Below are positions 44,722 through 55,357 of a stretch of DNA of 64,000 nt, piece after piece. The position numbers and the translations under genes are program-made. A model generated the notes under the pieces. It saw only the letters and a program-made list of their open reading frames with translations, was not told the DNA's origin and ran no database searches. Positions within the stretch are counted from its first letter, which is position 1. Each line of letters opens with the position of its first letter. This DNA is from an uncultured Alphaproteobacteria bacterium (GTDB lineage: Bacteria; Pseudomonadota; Alphaproteobacteria; Rhizobiales; Beijerinckiaceae): contig CAWFIA010000010.1 of assembly GCA_963815815.1 (NCBI GenBank), positions 354,849-418,848 on the forward strand, read 5' to 3'.

Positions 44722-45561
44722 TTACGCAAACGCCAGCGGCATCGGTTCGAGCCCAACCTTCTCAATACCGTGGCGGCGCAAAGCCTCGCGCAGCCTTGGC
44801 CCAGGCTCCGTCACTCCAGTGAAGAGCGCTTGCGCCGGCCTTTTTGGAGGCGCGCCCGAACCTAGGGGCAGACCCAATTCTTTCGCCAGGACATGATCGG
44901 TCCGCCGCGCGATGGCTGGGGCCGGGTCGATCCAGGTCACCGGCCAGGGCGCAAGCCGCTCGAATTGTTCGATCAGCAAAGGATAATGGGTGCAGGCGAG
45001 CGCAATGCAGTCGGTTCGGCGTCCATGCGCCTCGACAAAAGCCGGAGCGATCTCGCGAAAAATGGCGGCGTCGGATGGCGCGTCGCCTTGCATGAAATCT
45101 TCGGCTAGACTGGCGAGAACCGTTGAGCCGACAAGGGTGACGCTGCAATCGGCGGCGTAAGCGCGCATCAACTCGTGCGTGTAATCGCGCGCGACCGTCC
45201 CTGGCGTCGCCAGAACCGAAATAAGCTTCGTGCGCGATTGAATTGCCGCTGGTTTGATTGCGGGCACTGTGCCCACGAAAGGAAGCCTTGGAAAAGCCGC
45301 GCGCAAATGCGGCAGAACCAGAGTCGAGGCCGTATTGCAGGCGATGACGGCGACGTCCGGCGCATAAATCTCGACGAGCCGCCGCATGACCCCGAGAACG
45401 CGGGGCGCCAGCGCCGTCTCCGGCAAGGCACCATAGGGAAAGCCCGCCTCATCCGCCGCGTACAGAAACTCCGCGTCCGGACGCGCCCGTAAAGTCTCGA
45501 CGAAAACCGTCAGGCCGCCAAGGCCGGAATCGAACACGAGAATTTTGGGCGCGCGGGACAT
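44722..45561 (-). CDS. murI: Glutamate racemase
   Basis: FDSGLGGLTV, IACNTAS, LACTHYP. Confidence 0.95.
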   Translation of the reverse strand: MSRAPKILVFDSGLGGLTVFVETLRARPDAEFLYAADEAGFPYGALPETALAPRVLGVMRRLVEIYAPDVAVIACNTASTLVLPHLRAAFPRLPFVGTVPAIKPAAIQSRTKLISVLATPGTVARDYTHELMRAYAADCSVTLVGSTVLASLAEDFMQGDAPSDAAIFREIAPAFVEAHGRRTDCIALACTHYPLLIEQFERLAPWPVTWIDPAPAIARRTDHVLAKELGLPLGSGAPPKRPAQALFTGVTEPGPRLREALRRHGIEKVGLEPMPLAFA

Positions 45562-45701
45562 TGCGGGAACCGTAGCGATGTTTCAGCTCTTTCCTAACCG
45601 GATTTGGCCGTCGCATCGACCGGAAAAGTCAAGCAGAGGCCGAACATGCAAGCGTACGAATGGTTAAGACGCCCTTGATTGGAGGCAAACACGACGCAAA
45701 G

Positions 45702-47123
45702 ATGGCGGCCATCGTAGAGACCTACGTTCCGGCGCGGCTCGATCGCTTGCGTTGGAGCAAATTCCATACCCGCGTTGTCGTCGCGCTCGGCGTCACCTGG
45801 ACGCTGGATGGACTTGAAGTGACGCTCGCAGGCTCGGTCTCGGGCGCCCTCAAAGCCAGCCCTCGGCTTCATTTCTCGGACGCCGACGTCGGCCTCGCGT
45901 CGAGCTTCTATCTCATCGGCGCCGTAGCGGGCGCGCTGCTGTTCGGCTGGATGACTGACCGTCTGGGGCGCCGATTGCTATTCTTCGTGACCCTTGGGCT
46001 CTATCTCGCCGCCGCCGCCGCGACGGCGTTGAGCTGGAATCTCGCCAGTTTCTGCCTGTTTCGGCTGCTCACCGGAGCGGGAATCGGCGGTGAGTATAGC
46101 GCCGTGAATTCGACCATACAGGAGATGATCCCCGCGCGTTACCGCGGCCGCACTGATCTCGCCATCAACGGCTCATTCTGGATCGGCGCGGCGATTGGTG
46201 CTGGAAGTTCGATCGTGCTGCTCGACCCGGCCGTCATCGATCCCGAAATCGGCTGGCGTCTGGCATTTCTGATCGGATCGGTTCTTGGTCTCGTCATCCT
46301 TTTCCTGCGCGCCTTTATTCCCGAAAGTCCCCGCTGGCTCGTCATTCATGGAAAAGAGGCGGAAGCCGAGCGCATAACGCGACAAATCGAGGCTGCGACG
46401 GGGTCCCAGCCCAAAAGCAACGCGGAATTGAAGCCGATGCGCATCCACCCGCGTCGCTTCACGCCGCTCCGAGAAGTCTTTCAAACAATTTTCGTGACCT
46501 ATCGCCGGCGCGCCTTCGTCGGCCTGACGCTGATGGCCGCGCAGGCTTTCTTCTACAATGCGATCTTCTTCACCTATGCGCTGGTCCTCGCCAAATTCTA
46601 CGGCGTCGCGCCGCATGACGTCGGCTGGTACATTCTGCCTTTTGCGCTCGGCAACGTGCTGGGTCCACTAATCCTCGGTCCCTTGTTCGACACGATCGGG
46701 CGCAAGCCAATGATCGCCTTCACCTACGCCATCTCAGGCGTTCTTCTCGCCGCGACTGGCTGGTTGTTCGCACATGATCTGATCAACGCGACGCAGCAGA
46801 CGATCGCCTGGATGACGATCTTCTTTTTCGCTTCGGCGGCTGCTGGGGCGGCCTATCTGACGGTGAGCGAAACGTTTCCCGTCGAAATCAGGGCGCTCGC
46901 CATTGCGGTGTTCTATGCCGTGGGCACCGCGATCGGCGGGGCGGCCGCGCCATATCTTCTCGGCAGCCTGATCGCGACCGGATCGCGAACGAGAGTCTTC
47001 ATCGGCTACCTGCTCGGCGCCGCATTGATGCTGGTCGCCGCGATCGTTCAGTCATTCTTTGGCGTCGCGGCGGAGGGCAAGCCGCTCGAATCCGTCGCTC
47101 GGCCTCTGTCTTCGTCCGATTGA
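45702..47123 (+). CDS. MFS transporter
   Basis: About 12 TMs, DRLGRR, GIGGEYSAVN, PESPRWL, SETFPVEIRA. Confidence 0.9.
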   Translation: MAAIVETYVPARLDRLRWSKFHTRVVVALGVTWTLDGLEVTLAGSVSGALKASPRLHFSDADVGLASSFYLIGAVAGALLFGWMTDRLGRRLLFFVTLGLYLAAAAATALSWNLASFCLFRLLTGAGIGGEYSAVNSTIQEMIPARYRGRTDLAINGSFWIGAAIGAGSSIVLLDPAVIDPEIGWRLAFLIGSVLGLVILFLRAFIPESPRWLVIHGKEAEAERITRQIEAATGSQPKSNAELKPMRIHPRRFTPLREVFQTIFVTYRRRAFVGLTLMAAQAFFYNAIFFTYALVLAKFYGVAPHDVGWYILPFALGNVLGPLILGPLFDTIGRKPMIAFTYAISGVLLAATGWLFAHDLINATQQTIAWMTIFFFASAAAGAAYLTVSETFPVEIRALAIAVFYAVGTAIGGAAAPYLLGSLIATGSRTRVFIGYLLGAALMLVAAIVQSFFGVAAEGKPLESVARPLSSSD

Positions 47124-47933
47124 CCTTCCAGCGCGGGGGAGGCCTCGCCTTTGGCGCGCGGGCCCTCGACAAGCCGCACGAACATGCCGCGCAGCGTGCT
47201 CACGTCCTGCGCGGTGAGAACTCATGCGATGAAACATGTTGCGCAAATTGCGCCGCATGACCGGCGCCTTGCCGATCGGACGAAAAAATCCGGCGCGCTC
47301 CAGTTCGCCTTCGAGATAATTGAAAAAGGACAGCACCATTGCGCGCGGCGCGGGGGGCGAGCGCGCCTCGGTCGCGAACGGCGCCTTGGCCTCGGTCGCG
47401 GCCCTCATCCACTCATATCCGACGAGCAGAACCGCCTGCGCCAGATTGAGCGAGGAGTAGGCTGGGTTCACCGGAAAGGTGATGATCATATCGCCCAAGG
47501 CGACCTCATCGTTGGAAAGGCCAGTGCGCTCCGGCCCGAAGAGGACGCCGCGTTTCTCGCCGGCCGCGATGGCGTGCGCGGCGTCCGGCATGGCCTCAAA
47601 AGGCGTGAGTATCGGCTTATGCTGACCACGCTCGCGAGCGGTTGTCGCATAGACAAAATTGAGGTCCGCCACCGCATCTTCGAGCGTGTCGTACAGCCTT
47701 GCGGCCTCAAGCAGGTGCACGGCTCCCGCCGCGGCGGCGTTTGCGCCCTTCTTCAAGGCGCCGGTGCGCGGCCAGCCTTCCCGCGGCGACACGAGCCGAA
47801 GATCTGACAGGCCAAAATTCGCCATCGCCCGCGCGCACATGCCGATATTTACGGCGAGTTGCGGGCGGACCAAAATGATCGCCGGGCCGCCCTCAATGCT
47901 TTTCTTGCTGCGGTCGGTTCCAGCGCCGGTCAT
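47048..47933 (-). CDS. trmJ: tRNA/rRNA methyltransferase, TrmJ/LasT SPOUT family (indel near 47220)
   Basis: NIGMCARAMANFG, LFGPERTGL, SSLNLAQAV. Confidence 0.88.
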
Positions 47934-48002
47934 GGATGTCTTGCAGCCTTGGGTTGAACGGAGGCGCCGCCCTGCAGCGAGAGCGGCTCATTGGCGGATT
48001 AT

Positions 48003-48881
48003 TCATAGTGTCCCTCCGGGCGCAAAAAATTCCGGCGCAAAAATCCGCAATTCATAGCAATGCTCCGCCAAGGTCCTTTGCAGGACTTTATGGACGCCGA
48101 GCGCCGCCGCCTCGCTCGAACGAACAAGATCCCCGCCGAGCGCAAGATGCGCGGCGAGCAGCCCCGCGAACAGATCTCCCGCGCCGTTTGGTTTGATCGC
48201 AAGCCGGGACGCCGCGATGCGGCGGAGGGCGCCGCCGTCGCTGACGATCGTTTCGATTTGCCCCGGCGGCGTGTCGTCCAGAACGCAGCCTGTGACCACG
48301 ATGCGCCGCGGCCAGCGCGGCCGAGGATCCATCGCAGCTGCGCAGAAAGCTTCGGCGCTCCTTGCGGGGGCGTCTGAAAGAAGCTCGAACTCGAATAGAT
48401 TGGGCGTCGCTATCGACGCCGCCTGGACCAGCCGATCGCGAAAGACGCCGATCAATCCGTCCGCGACAAACACGCCCGAATATTCGTCGCCGATGACAGG
48501 ATCGCAGAGATAGAGCAGATCGGGGTTTCGCGTCTTGGCCCTTCTAATGAAATCCGCAACAACGGAGCCGATTTCGGGCGAACCAAGATAGCCCGTGACG
48601 ATGAAACTCGCGGCCTCGATCAGGCCGCGTTCTTCGACGCCAATGAGGAGGTCTTTAACGAGGTCAACCTCAAGCACGCGCCCGCGCATTGTCGGATAAA
48701 GGGGATAATTCGACAGCAATGTGGTTGGAACGGCTGCGACCGTCACCCCCAATGCCTGCATCGGGAAAACCGCGGCGTTGTTGCCGACATGGCCATGGAC
48801 GACCTGGCTCTGAATCGAGATGACGAGAGGCCCGGGCCCGATGGATCCCGGCGGCTCCGGCTTTGTCGCTTCGCTCTGCAC
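48003..48881 (-). CDS. pdxK: Pyridoxal kinase
   Basis: ISIQSQVVHGHVGN, TGYLGS, CDPVIGD, TPNLFE, GAGDLF. Confidence 0.9.
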   Translation of the reverse strand: MQSEATKPEPPGSIGPGPLVISIQSQVVHGHVGNNAAVFPMQALGVTVAAVPTTLLSNYPLYPTMRGRVLEVDLVKDLLIGVEERGLIEAASFIVTGYLGSPEIGSVVADFIRRAKTRNPDLLYLCDPVIGDEYSGVFVADGLIGVFRDRLVQAASIATPNLFEFELLSDAPARSAEAFCAAAMDPRPRWPRRIVVTGCVLDDTPPGQIETIVSDGGALRRIAASRLAIKPNGAGDLFAGLLAAHLALGGDLVRSSEAAALGVHKVLQRTLAEHCYELRIFAPEFFAPGGTL

Positions 48882-49293
48882 AGCTATCGTCCTGTGACTT
48901 CCAATTTTGGCCGCAGAAGCGCGAGGCGAGAAAGTAAGCGCGGCGGCTACGCCGCAAGGCTTCGGTTATTGTTGAACTTGCAATTGGTGGCCCAAACTTG
49001 GCTGGGCCATGCCATAAATCTTGCTGAGCCGAGGATACGGCATGGCGCAGAAAGTCAGAAATCCATTATGTGGACAAGGCAGATATTATGCCCGGCTAAC
49101 GGTTCTCGCGGCGCTTCGCGAGATCAGAGGTTCGCGCGCGAATTGACCGCGCCGCTTGGCGCTGATCGGGTCCCGCCGTTCTCACCAAATTTCAGGCTCG
49201 GCTCGAAGCCGCTCGCCGGCGACTCGAAACAGATAATCCCAAAGCCGTCCGACCGGACAGGCGCTTGACCGTTCGCGAAATGGCTCGCCAACA

Positions 49294-49713
49294 TTATGAA
49301 ATCCGAACTGCGGCAGGATGACGTAGATCGGTTCGGCGGCGTTCCCGAAGGCCTTCGCCGTGTCGTCCGAGATGCTGCCCCTCCATATGAGAAGGCGCGA
49401 ATTGCGGCGCCGGCCTCCGGGAAATGCGTGGCGAAACGATGCCGCAACGCATGGGCGGCGACGGGCTTGCTGATCCTGGCTCGGCTGCGCGCCGGCAGGC
49501 GTCCTGCAAGGCGCCGGCGCTCACATGTCCGCCTGGCTCCTGGCCCGGAAACAGCCAGATGCTTCGCCGCGCTCGCCGCCAATAGGCCCGAAGGATCTCC
49601 AAGAGCCGCGGCGACAGCGTGGCGTAGCGGTCCTTGCCGCCTTTGCCTGCCCCGCCGTGGACCGGCATCCGCGCGCTGTCGATCGTGGGCCTTAAGATGC
49701 GCGGCCTCGCCAT
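49294..49713 (-). pseudogene. Tyrosine recombinase/integrase C-terminal fragment
   Basis: IDSARM...GKGGKDRYATLSPRLLEILRAYW..WLFPG and, in a second frame, HALRHRFATH; N-terminus missing. Confidence 0.8.
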
Positions 49714-50545
49714 CCTCCAACCCTCGAATGAACTCCGACCGCTGCAAGGGACATCTCTACCGCCAGGGCAAGCAGGACGGCCAAGAAGAAGAGGCGAAGC
49801 TTATCGGCCGAGACGAACATCAGCAGGCGTGCGCCCAGCACCGCGCCGACGACTGAACCCAAGGCGACCGGGCCCGCGACGTCGGGCAGGATCGAGCCCC
49901 GCATGAAATAGGCGCCGGCGCTTGCCGCCGCCGTCACACCGATCATGAAATTCGATGTCGCCGACGAGACCTTGATAGGCAGGCGCAGCGCCGTGTCCAT
50001 AGCCGGGATCTTCAGAGCGCCGCTGCCGGTTCCAAGCAGCGCGGAGAGGAGGCCCGCTCCATACATGAGGCCGAGGCCAGCCGGCAGGCGGTCCACCCGA
50101 TAGGGGACATCGCGGCCGAGGGTACGGTCTGTATAAACGGCGTCGAGCCGGCGCGCCCAGCCTTGAGTCGGATTTCCGTCAGCGGTGACGACGGCGCGGC
50201 GGCGCATCTGCCAGGCGGAGACCAGAAGGACGATGGCAAATATCGCGTAGAGAACCGGAACTGGAACCACTCCGGACAGCAGCACACCGCTCGCCGCCCC
50301 GAGCGAGGTCGCCGTCTCTAAGACGATGGCAAGTCGCACGTTCGTCAGACGCTCCCTGAGGAACGACGCGGCGCCTCCGCACGAACAGGCGATCACGGAG
50401 ACGATGCTGGCGCCGATGGCGAGATGGATGTCCACACCCACGACCATCGTCAGGATCGATGCCGCTGGCCATGCCGAGCGCCCCGCCCAGAGCCACTCGC
50501 ACCAACAGAGATGCAAAACAGCCCAAGGGACGATCCCAACAGCAT
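49692..50545 (-). CDS. TauE/SafE (TSUP) family membrane transporter (indels, possibly degraded)
   Basis: AIGASIVSVIACS, SALLGTGSGALK, SSATSNFMIGVTAAASA. Confidence 0.8.
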
Positions 50546-50898
50546 GTCAGCCGCGTTCAGGACCACGATGAGCCCGGCACCGCGCCAGCCGCGTCTTGAA
50601 GCGAATATGGTCACCTCGATAGTGCAGTCTCTCGTAATCTACCGGGCGATGACCCAACGTGTACGAAGTCCGATCAATCAGGAAGATCGGGCTGCCGGCC
50701 GGAATCTCCAGCGCTACGGCGACGTCAGGAGCAGCGGCGGCGGCTTCCAGCTCGTATTCGGCTTCGACGAGCAGCGTGTCGTATCTCTCCTCTAACAGGG
50801 TGAAGATGGGCTCCGTTACAAGATCCCATGGGGCGTGGATAGCGACCCGTTCTGGGGGCAGACTGAGGTTGCAAAACCACTCAACCTGGAGGCGACCA

Positions 50899-52072
50899 AT
50901 GCCACTCGATCACCCCTGCGAAGAACCGACCGCTATCCGAACCAATCTTGGCGCAATTTTCGTCTCATTGGAACTCAGCCGCTCAACCTGGCTGATCACG
51001 TCGCTGTCGCCGGGCGGCGGCGAGAAGATGTCGAAGCACAGCGTCTTGGCTGGGGACATCGCTGCGCTGCTGTCGCGCTTTTCGGAGCTCAAGCAGAAGG
51101 CGTTCGCGCGGGTGGGGCAATCCTTCCCGATCATCGTCATTCAAGAGGCGGGACTGGATGGCTTCTGGATTCATCGCGTGCTGCAGAGCGAGGGCATCGA
51201 GAGCTACGTTGTCGATGCGGCCTCGATCGCGACGTCACGCCGTCGGCGGCGGCCCAAGACCGACAGGATCGACGGCGAGGCTTTGGTGCGCGCGCCACTG
51301 GCGTACAAACGCGGCGAACCGCGTGTCTGCGCCATGGTCAGGGCGCCGACGCCTGAAGCCGAAGACCGCCGCCGTCTTTGCCGTGAGCGCAAGACGCTGA
51401 CAGTCGAGCGGGTCCAGCATGTCAACCGGATCAAAGGATTGCTGTTCTGCCAGGGTGTCTCCGGCTACGAGCCGCCGCGGCGCAATCGACGCCAACGGCT
51501 CGACGAGCTGAAGACAGGCGATGGCCGTCCCTTGCCGCCGCATCTCAAGGGTCAGATCGGCCGAGAGCTCGATCGAACTCGAGCTGCTGCTTGCGCAGAT
51601 CAAGGCCGTCGAGGCTGAGCGGGACGCCCTGCTCACCCCGGCGACGGAGACCGAAGGAATGTCAGCGCCACAGGCGATGTTGATCGATCTGAGAGGGATC
51701 GGCGCGGAATTCGCCGCCGTTGTATGGTCGGAGGGGCTCTGCCGGAGCTTCGCCAACCGAAGGCAGATCGCGGCCTACGGCGGGCTGGCGCCGACGCCCT
51801 GGCAAAGCGGATCCGTCGCGCGCGAGCAAGGCGTGTCGAAAACCGGCAATCCGCGGCTGCGGACAACGATGATCCAACTTGCCTGGCTGTGGTTGCGACA
51901 TCAGCCGAATTCGGCGCTGGCGCAATGGTTCAAGGAACGCGTCAAACGCAATGGCGGACGCCTGCGCAAGACGACGATCGTCGCGCTGGCGCGCAAACTG
52001 CTGGTCGCGCTCTGGAAATATGTGACCGCCGGCGTCGTCGTCGAAGGCGCCGTGATGAAGGCTGTCTCATAG
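50899..52072 (+). CDS. IS110 DEDD recombinase/transposase (one indel near 51575)
   Basis: IFVSLELSRSTW, QEAGLDGFW, KTDRIDG, GLAPTPWQSG, GNPRLR, VALARKLLVALW. Confidence 0.93.
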
Positions 52073-52119
52073 ATGATCTGAAGAGATAAAATATCTGAAA
52101 AGATATACGCCATCTACCG

Positions 52120-52340
52120 AGACCCGATCAGTCTCGGCGGATCCAGGTGGACGAACCGACGGTCGACATGGCTCGAACAGCCGATTACAAGAATGGTCTC
52201 GTCTTCCTGAGCCCTACCCGCAGCAAGCGGGATATTGGTGCAGCCGTTTCGCGCGGCGGCCGAATGTGAGGTTGATCTGGTGCGGAAACGATCAGATCAT
52301 GGAATTGGGCTCAGACCTTGGATGCCGCAAGGGCCAACGG
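52120..52340 (+). ncRNA. Putative bridge RNA/seekRNA of the IS1111-type element
   Basis: Multi-stem structure (ctgagccc/gggctcag, tgatctg/cagatca, cccgc/gcggg) carrying 7-nt matches to the reconstructed target and donor. Confidence 0.7.
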
Positions 52341-52970
52341 AGTTTTGCTCATGCGCCACTGAATCTCACACCCCCTTGACTCGAACATCCCCATGTGAGG
52401 TCGTCGGCCATGACCTTGCGACCAACGTCCTCCGGCAGATATGTCTCGTCGAAGGAAAGCGGCACACCGTCCGAGAGGCGGACACGCCAAATCTGCACCA
52501 CTGGCGTTCCCGCCGCGATCGCAAGCTTGTCCGCAACCAAGCGGTCGGCTGGCACAACGTCTCGACTGACCATACGGGCCGTCGGGATACGGCCCATTAC
52601 CCGCATGTCTTCCACGAAGCCGGCAAGCTCGGTGAGTTCCTGGATCATCCTGGGCGAGGCCACGAATGTTCCCCGCCCGCGTCTGATCTCGACGAAGCCC
52701 TGGCGCACGAGGTTCTGGATCGTCGTTCGGATCGTGGTTCGGCTGACATCGAACTCGCGGATCAGTTCCTCTTCTGACGGGAGTTGCGCCCCGACAGGCA
52801 GCCCACCGCTGGAAATGCGGTCTGCGAGAGCATCCTCGACCTCGGCGTAAAGCGGCAGCCGCGTGGAATGGCTTTCAGACATGATGACGTTGTCGCCCTT
52901 CTACAGCATCAGCGACATCGCCGATCGACGCCACATCCGGTAAGCAAGAACCGCTACCAAGAGCCTGAAA

Positions 52971-53187
52971 TCAACTCGACCGAAGGGGAACGAGGTTCTT
53001 TGGAGGGGACGCCAAAGACAGGACAACACAAACACAAAGTAGGACGATGTCTTTATACAAAAACTCTCCGGTAAAATTCCATGCTATCGGGTCCGTGGAT
53101 ATGCTCCATTTGACGACACCGGGGGTCGAGAAGAAAAACGACCATGTGATAGCGAACGTAACAATTCCCATCAGCGAGCCGAGCGCT
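52971..53187 (-). pseudogene. DUF417/YkgB-like membrane protein, C-terminal fragment
   Basis: LGSLMGIVTFAITWSFFFSTPG...GEFLYKDIVLL; 5' part missing. Confidence 0.65.
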
Positions 53188-53418
53188 AATGGTGAACCGG
53201 TTATATAGCTCCTGATACAGATCGATCTCGGAGTCGGAAGCCGCGGCCTCAGACACGACCTGGAGGTCGTGATCTTGGTAGGACGTATCTTCCAAGAGAG
53301 TTACTAGGTCCTGCCGGAGACCATCTCCAACCGGAGGCCCAGGTTGAGAATGTTCTTGCAGTCAGCCGAAAAGCCGGAGCCGAGGAACAAGACGCTAGAC
53401 GATGTATCGATCTCCGTA

Positions 53419-54715
53419 GGGACTGTCAGGAATCTTGTGTGTTGGGCCATAATGACGCCGATGGAGGGGGCCTATGGCAATCAGAAAGAACACGCTGGAT
53501 GAGCTGCTGGCGGGCCGCGACCCGCAAGAGGTGTTCAATAAGGACGGCTTATTTGATGAGTTGAAGAAGGCGCTGGCCGAACAAGTCCTGAACGCCGAGA
53601 TTGACGATCATCTTGACGGCGAAGCCGCCGAGGGGCGGAAGAACCACCGGAACGGCTATTCAGCTAAGAAGGTGATCACCGAGACGTCGAAGCTCGACAT
53701 CCGGGTTCCTCGTGACCGTGAGGGAAACTTCGATCCCAAGCTGATCGCCAGATATCAGCGCCGGTTCGCCGGTTTCGACGAGAAGATCGTGTCGATGTAT
53801 GCGCGCGGCATGACTGTGCGGGAGATTCAGGGGCATCTCAACGATATCTATGGGCTCGAAGTTTCGCCCGACCTGATTTCGACGGTGACGGACGCGGTTC
53901 TGGACGGTCGGCGAATGGCAGAATCGGCCATTGGAGGCGAGCTATCCGCTCGTTTTCTTCGACGCCTTGCGGGTCAAAATCCGGGACGAAGGGCTCGTCC
54001 GCAACAAGGCGGTCTACATTGCGCTCGGCGTTCAGGCGGATGGGACGAAGGATTATCCTTGGCCTTTGGATCGAAAATACCGAAGGCTCCAAATTCTGGC
54101 TGCGGGTGATGAAACGAGCTGAAGAACCGCGGCGTCAATGACGTTTTGATCGCCGTCGTCGACGGATTGAAGGGCTTTCCGGAGGCGATCAACGCCGTCT
54201 TTCCGCACGCGATCGTCCAAACCTGCATCGTCCATCTGATCCGCCATTCGATGGATTTCGCCTCCTGGCAGGACCGCAAAGCCCTCGCCGGCGCGTTGAG
54301 GGCGATTTATCGGGCCAAAGACGCGGATGAAGGCAAGGCGGCGCTGGAGGCTTTCGACGCCAGCCATTGGGGACAAAAATATCCCGCCATCGCGCAGAGC
54401 CGGCGCCGAAACTGGGAGCGGGTGATCCCGTTTTTCGCCTTCCCGGAGGCCGTTCGGAGGATCATCTACACCACCAACGCCATTGAGGCGCTCAACGCAA
54501 AGCTACGCCGCGCCGTGCGTGCGAGGGGCATTTTCCCACCGATGACGCCGCAACAAAGCTTCTGTTTCTCGTCTTGCGCGATACCGCGCGAGAATGGAAA
54601 ATGCCGCCCCGCGAGTGGTTCGAGGCAAAAACCCAATTCGCCATCATGTTCGACGAAAGGTTCGTTCAAACGTGATGGCTCAACCTGCCCCGCACACAAA
54701 ATTTCTGACACCCCC
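53419..54715 (+). mobile_element. IS256-family insertion sequence (1297 bp)
   Basis: IRs gggactgtcaggaatcttgtgtg / cacacaaaatttctgacaccccc; 9-bp TSD ATCTCCGTA at 53410-53418 and 54716-54724. Confidence 0.92.
53474..54675 (+). CDS. IS256 (mutator-type) transposase (several indels)
   Basis: RNGY, VPRDREGNF, SMYARGMTVREI, FFDALRVKIR, VDGLKGF, QTCIVHLIR, YTTNAIE. Confidence 0.92.
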
Positions 54716-55054
54716 ATCTCCGTAAGCACTGGGCCGCCGCCTTTTCTAGCTTGAGTGCCAATTCTAATCCAAGGTCATTCGCGTAACCAGGGGACTGTTT
54801 CTTAGCATAATTCCGCGTTCGTAAGGGCGCAGCCGAGCCACCGCGATCCGCTCGTGGCCGCTATGCTACACCATCCAACACACGACCGCCTCAGACCCAC
54901 GGCTGCTGCTGCTGCGCAGTTAGGTCGACCAAAGGGGTGGCGATCTCGACCCCCAACGACATCACCATCCCTCCACACGGGACCTTCTCCGCCACCGTGA
55001 TCCCCGACAGCCGCCGCCGTCCGGCGGTCTTCGACAGGATCACGGAGGTTTCCC

Positions 55055-55339
55055 ATGTCGTCCAGTCTCGCCGGCTTGCCGCAGCGCTATCTGCGCACGC
55101 CCAAGGCCGCCCGCTTCGTCGGCCTCTCTATTCGCACCCTCGAGAAACATCGGATCTACGGAACCGGCCCGCGCTATTCGAAGCTCGGCGGTCAAGTCGT
55201 TTATCGCGTCGAGGACCTACAAGCCTGGGTGGATCGCGGCGCCAAGGCGTCGACCTCCGACCCCGGAGTCGGCACCGTGCTGCCGACAAAGCGCCACAGC
55301 CCTGACATCCCGGCCCCGGCCGGCCAGGCGCGTCGCTGA
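55055..55339 (+). CDS. AlpA/excisionase-like HTH DNA-binding protein of a Tn4371-like ICE
   Basis: RYLRTPKAARFVGLSIRTLEKHRIYGTGPRYSKLGGQVVY; directly upstream of repA. Confidence 0.85.
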   Translation: MSSSLAGLPQRYLRTPKAARFVGLSIRTLEKHRIYGTGPRYSKLGGQVVYRVEDLQAWVDRGAKASTSDPGVGTVLPTKRHSPDIPAPAGQARR

Positions 55340-55357
55340 ACCTCTGCCGCCACTCCC

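Larger units (their letters stand above)
50821..52397 (+). mobile_element. IS110 family, IS1111-type element (about 1577 bp)
   Basis: Sub-terminal IRs atgggg (7 nt in from the left end) and ccccat (3 nt from the right end); AG core at both junctions; no TSD; long non-coding region downstream of the transposase. Confidence 0.85.
50547..52882 (-). pseudogene. GntR/UTRA transcriptional regulator split by an IS110
   Basis: N-half LPSEEELIREFDVSRTTIR...KVMADD|L joins in frame to LVTEPIFTLLEERY...DYERLHYRGD once 50821-52397 is removed. Confidence 0.88.
53188..54729 (-). pseudogene. SIR2-like domain gene, interrupted by IS256 and truncated
   Basis: Removing the IS gives GTG-start MLTEIDTSSSVLFLGSGFSADCKNILNLG and, after one indel, PPVGDGLRQDL...DLYQELYNRFTIS; LFLGSGFS resembles the SIR2 N-terminal Rossmann motif. 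Confidence 0.65.

Noticed and set aside
49040-49110. ttatgtgg...attatgccc motif as a dif or att site at the island's left border
   Set aside because: Poor match to XerC/XerD arms and no partner repeat found in the window
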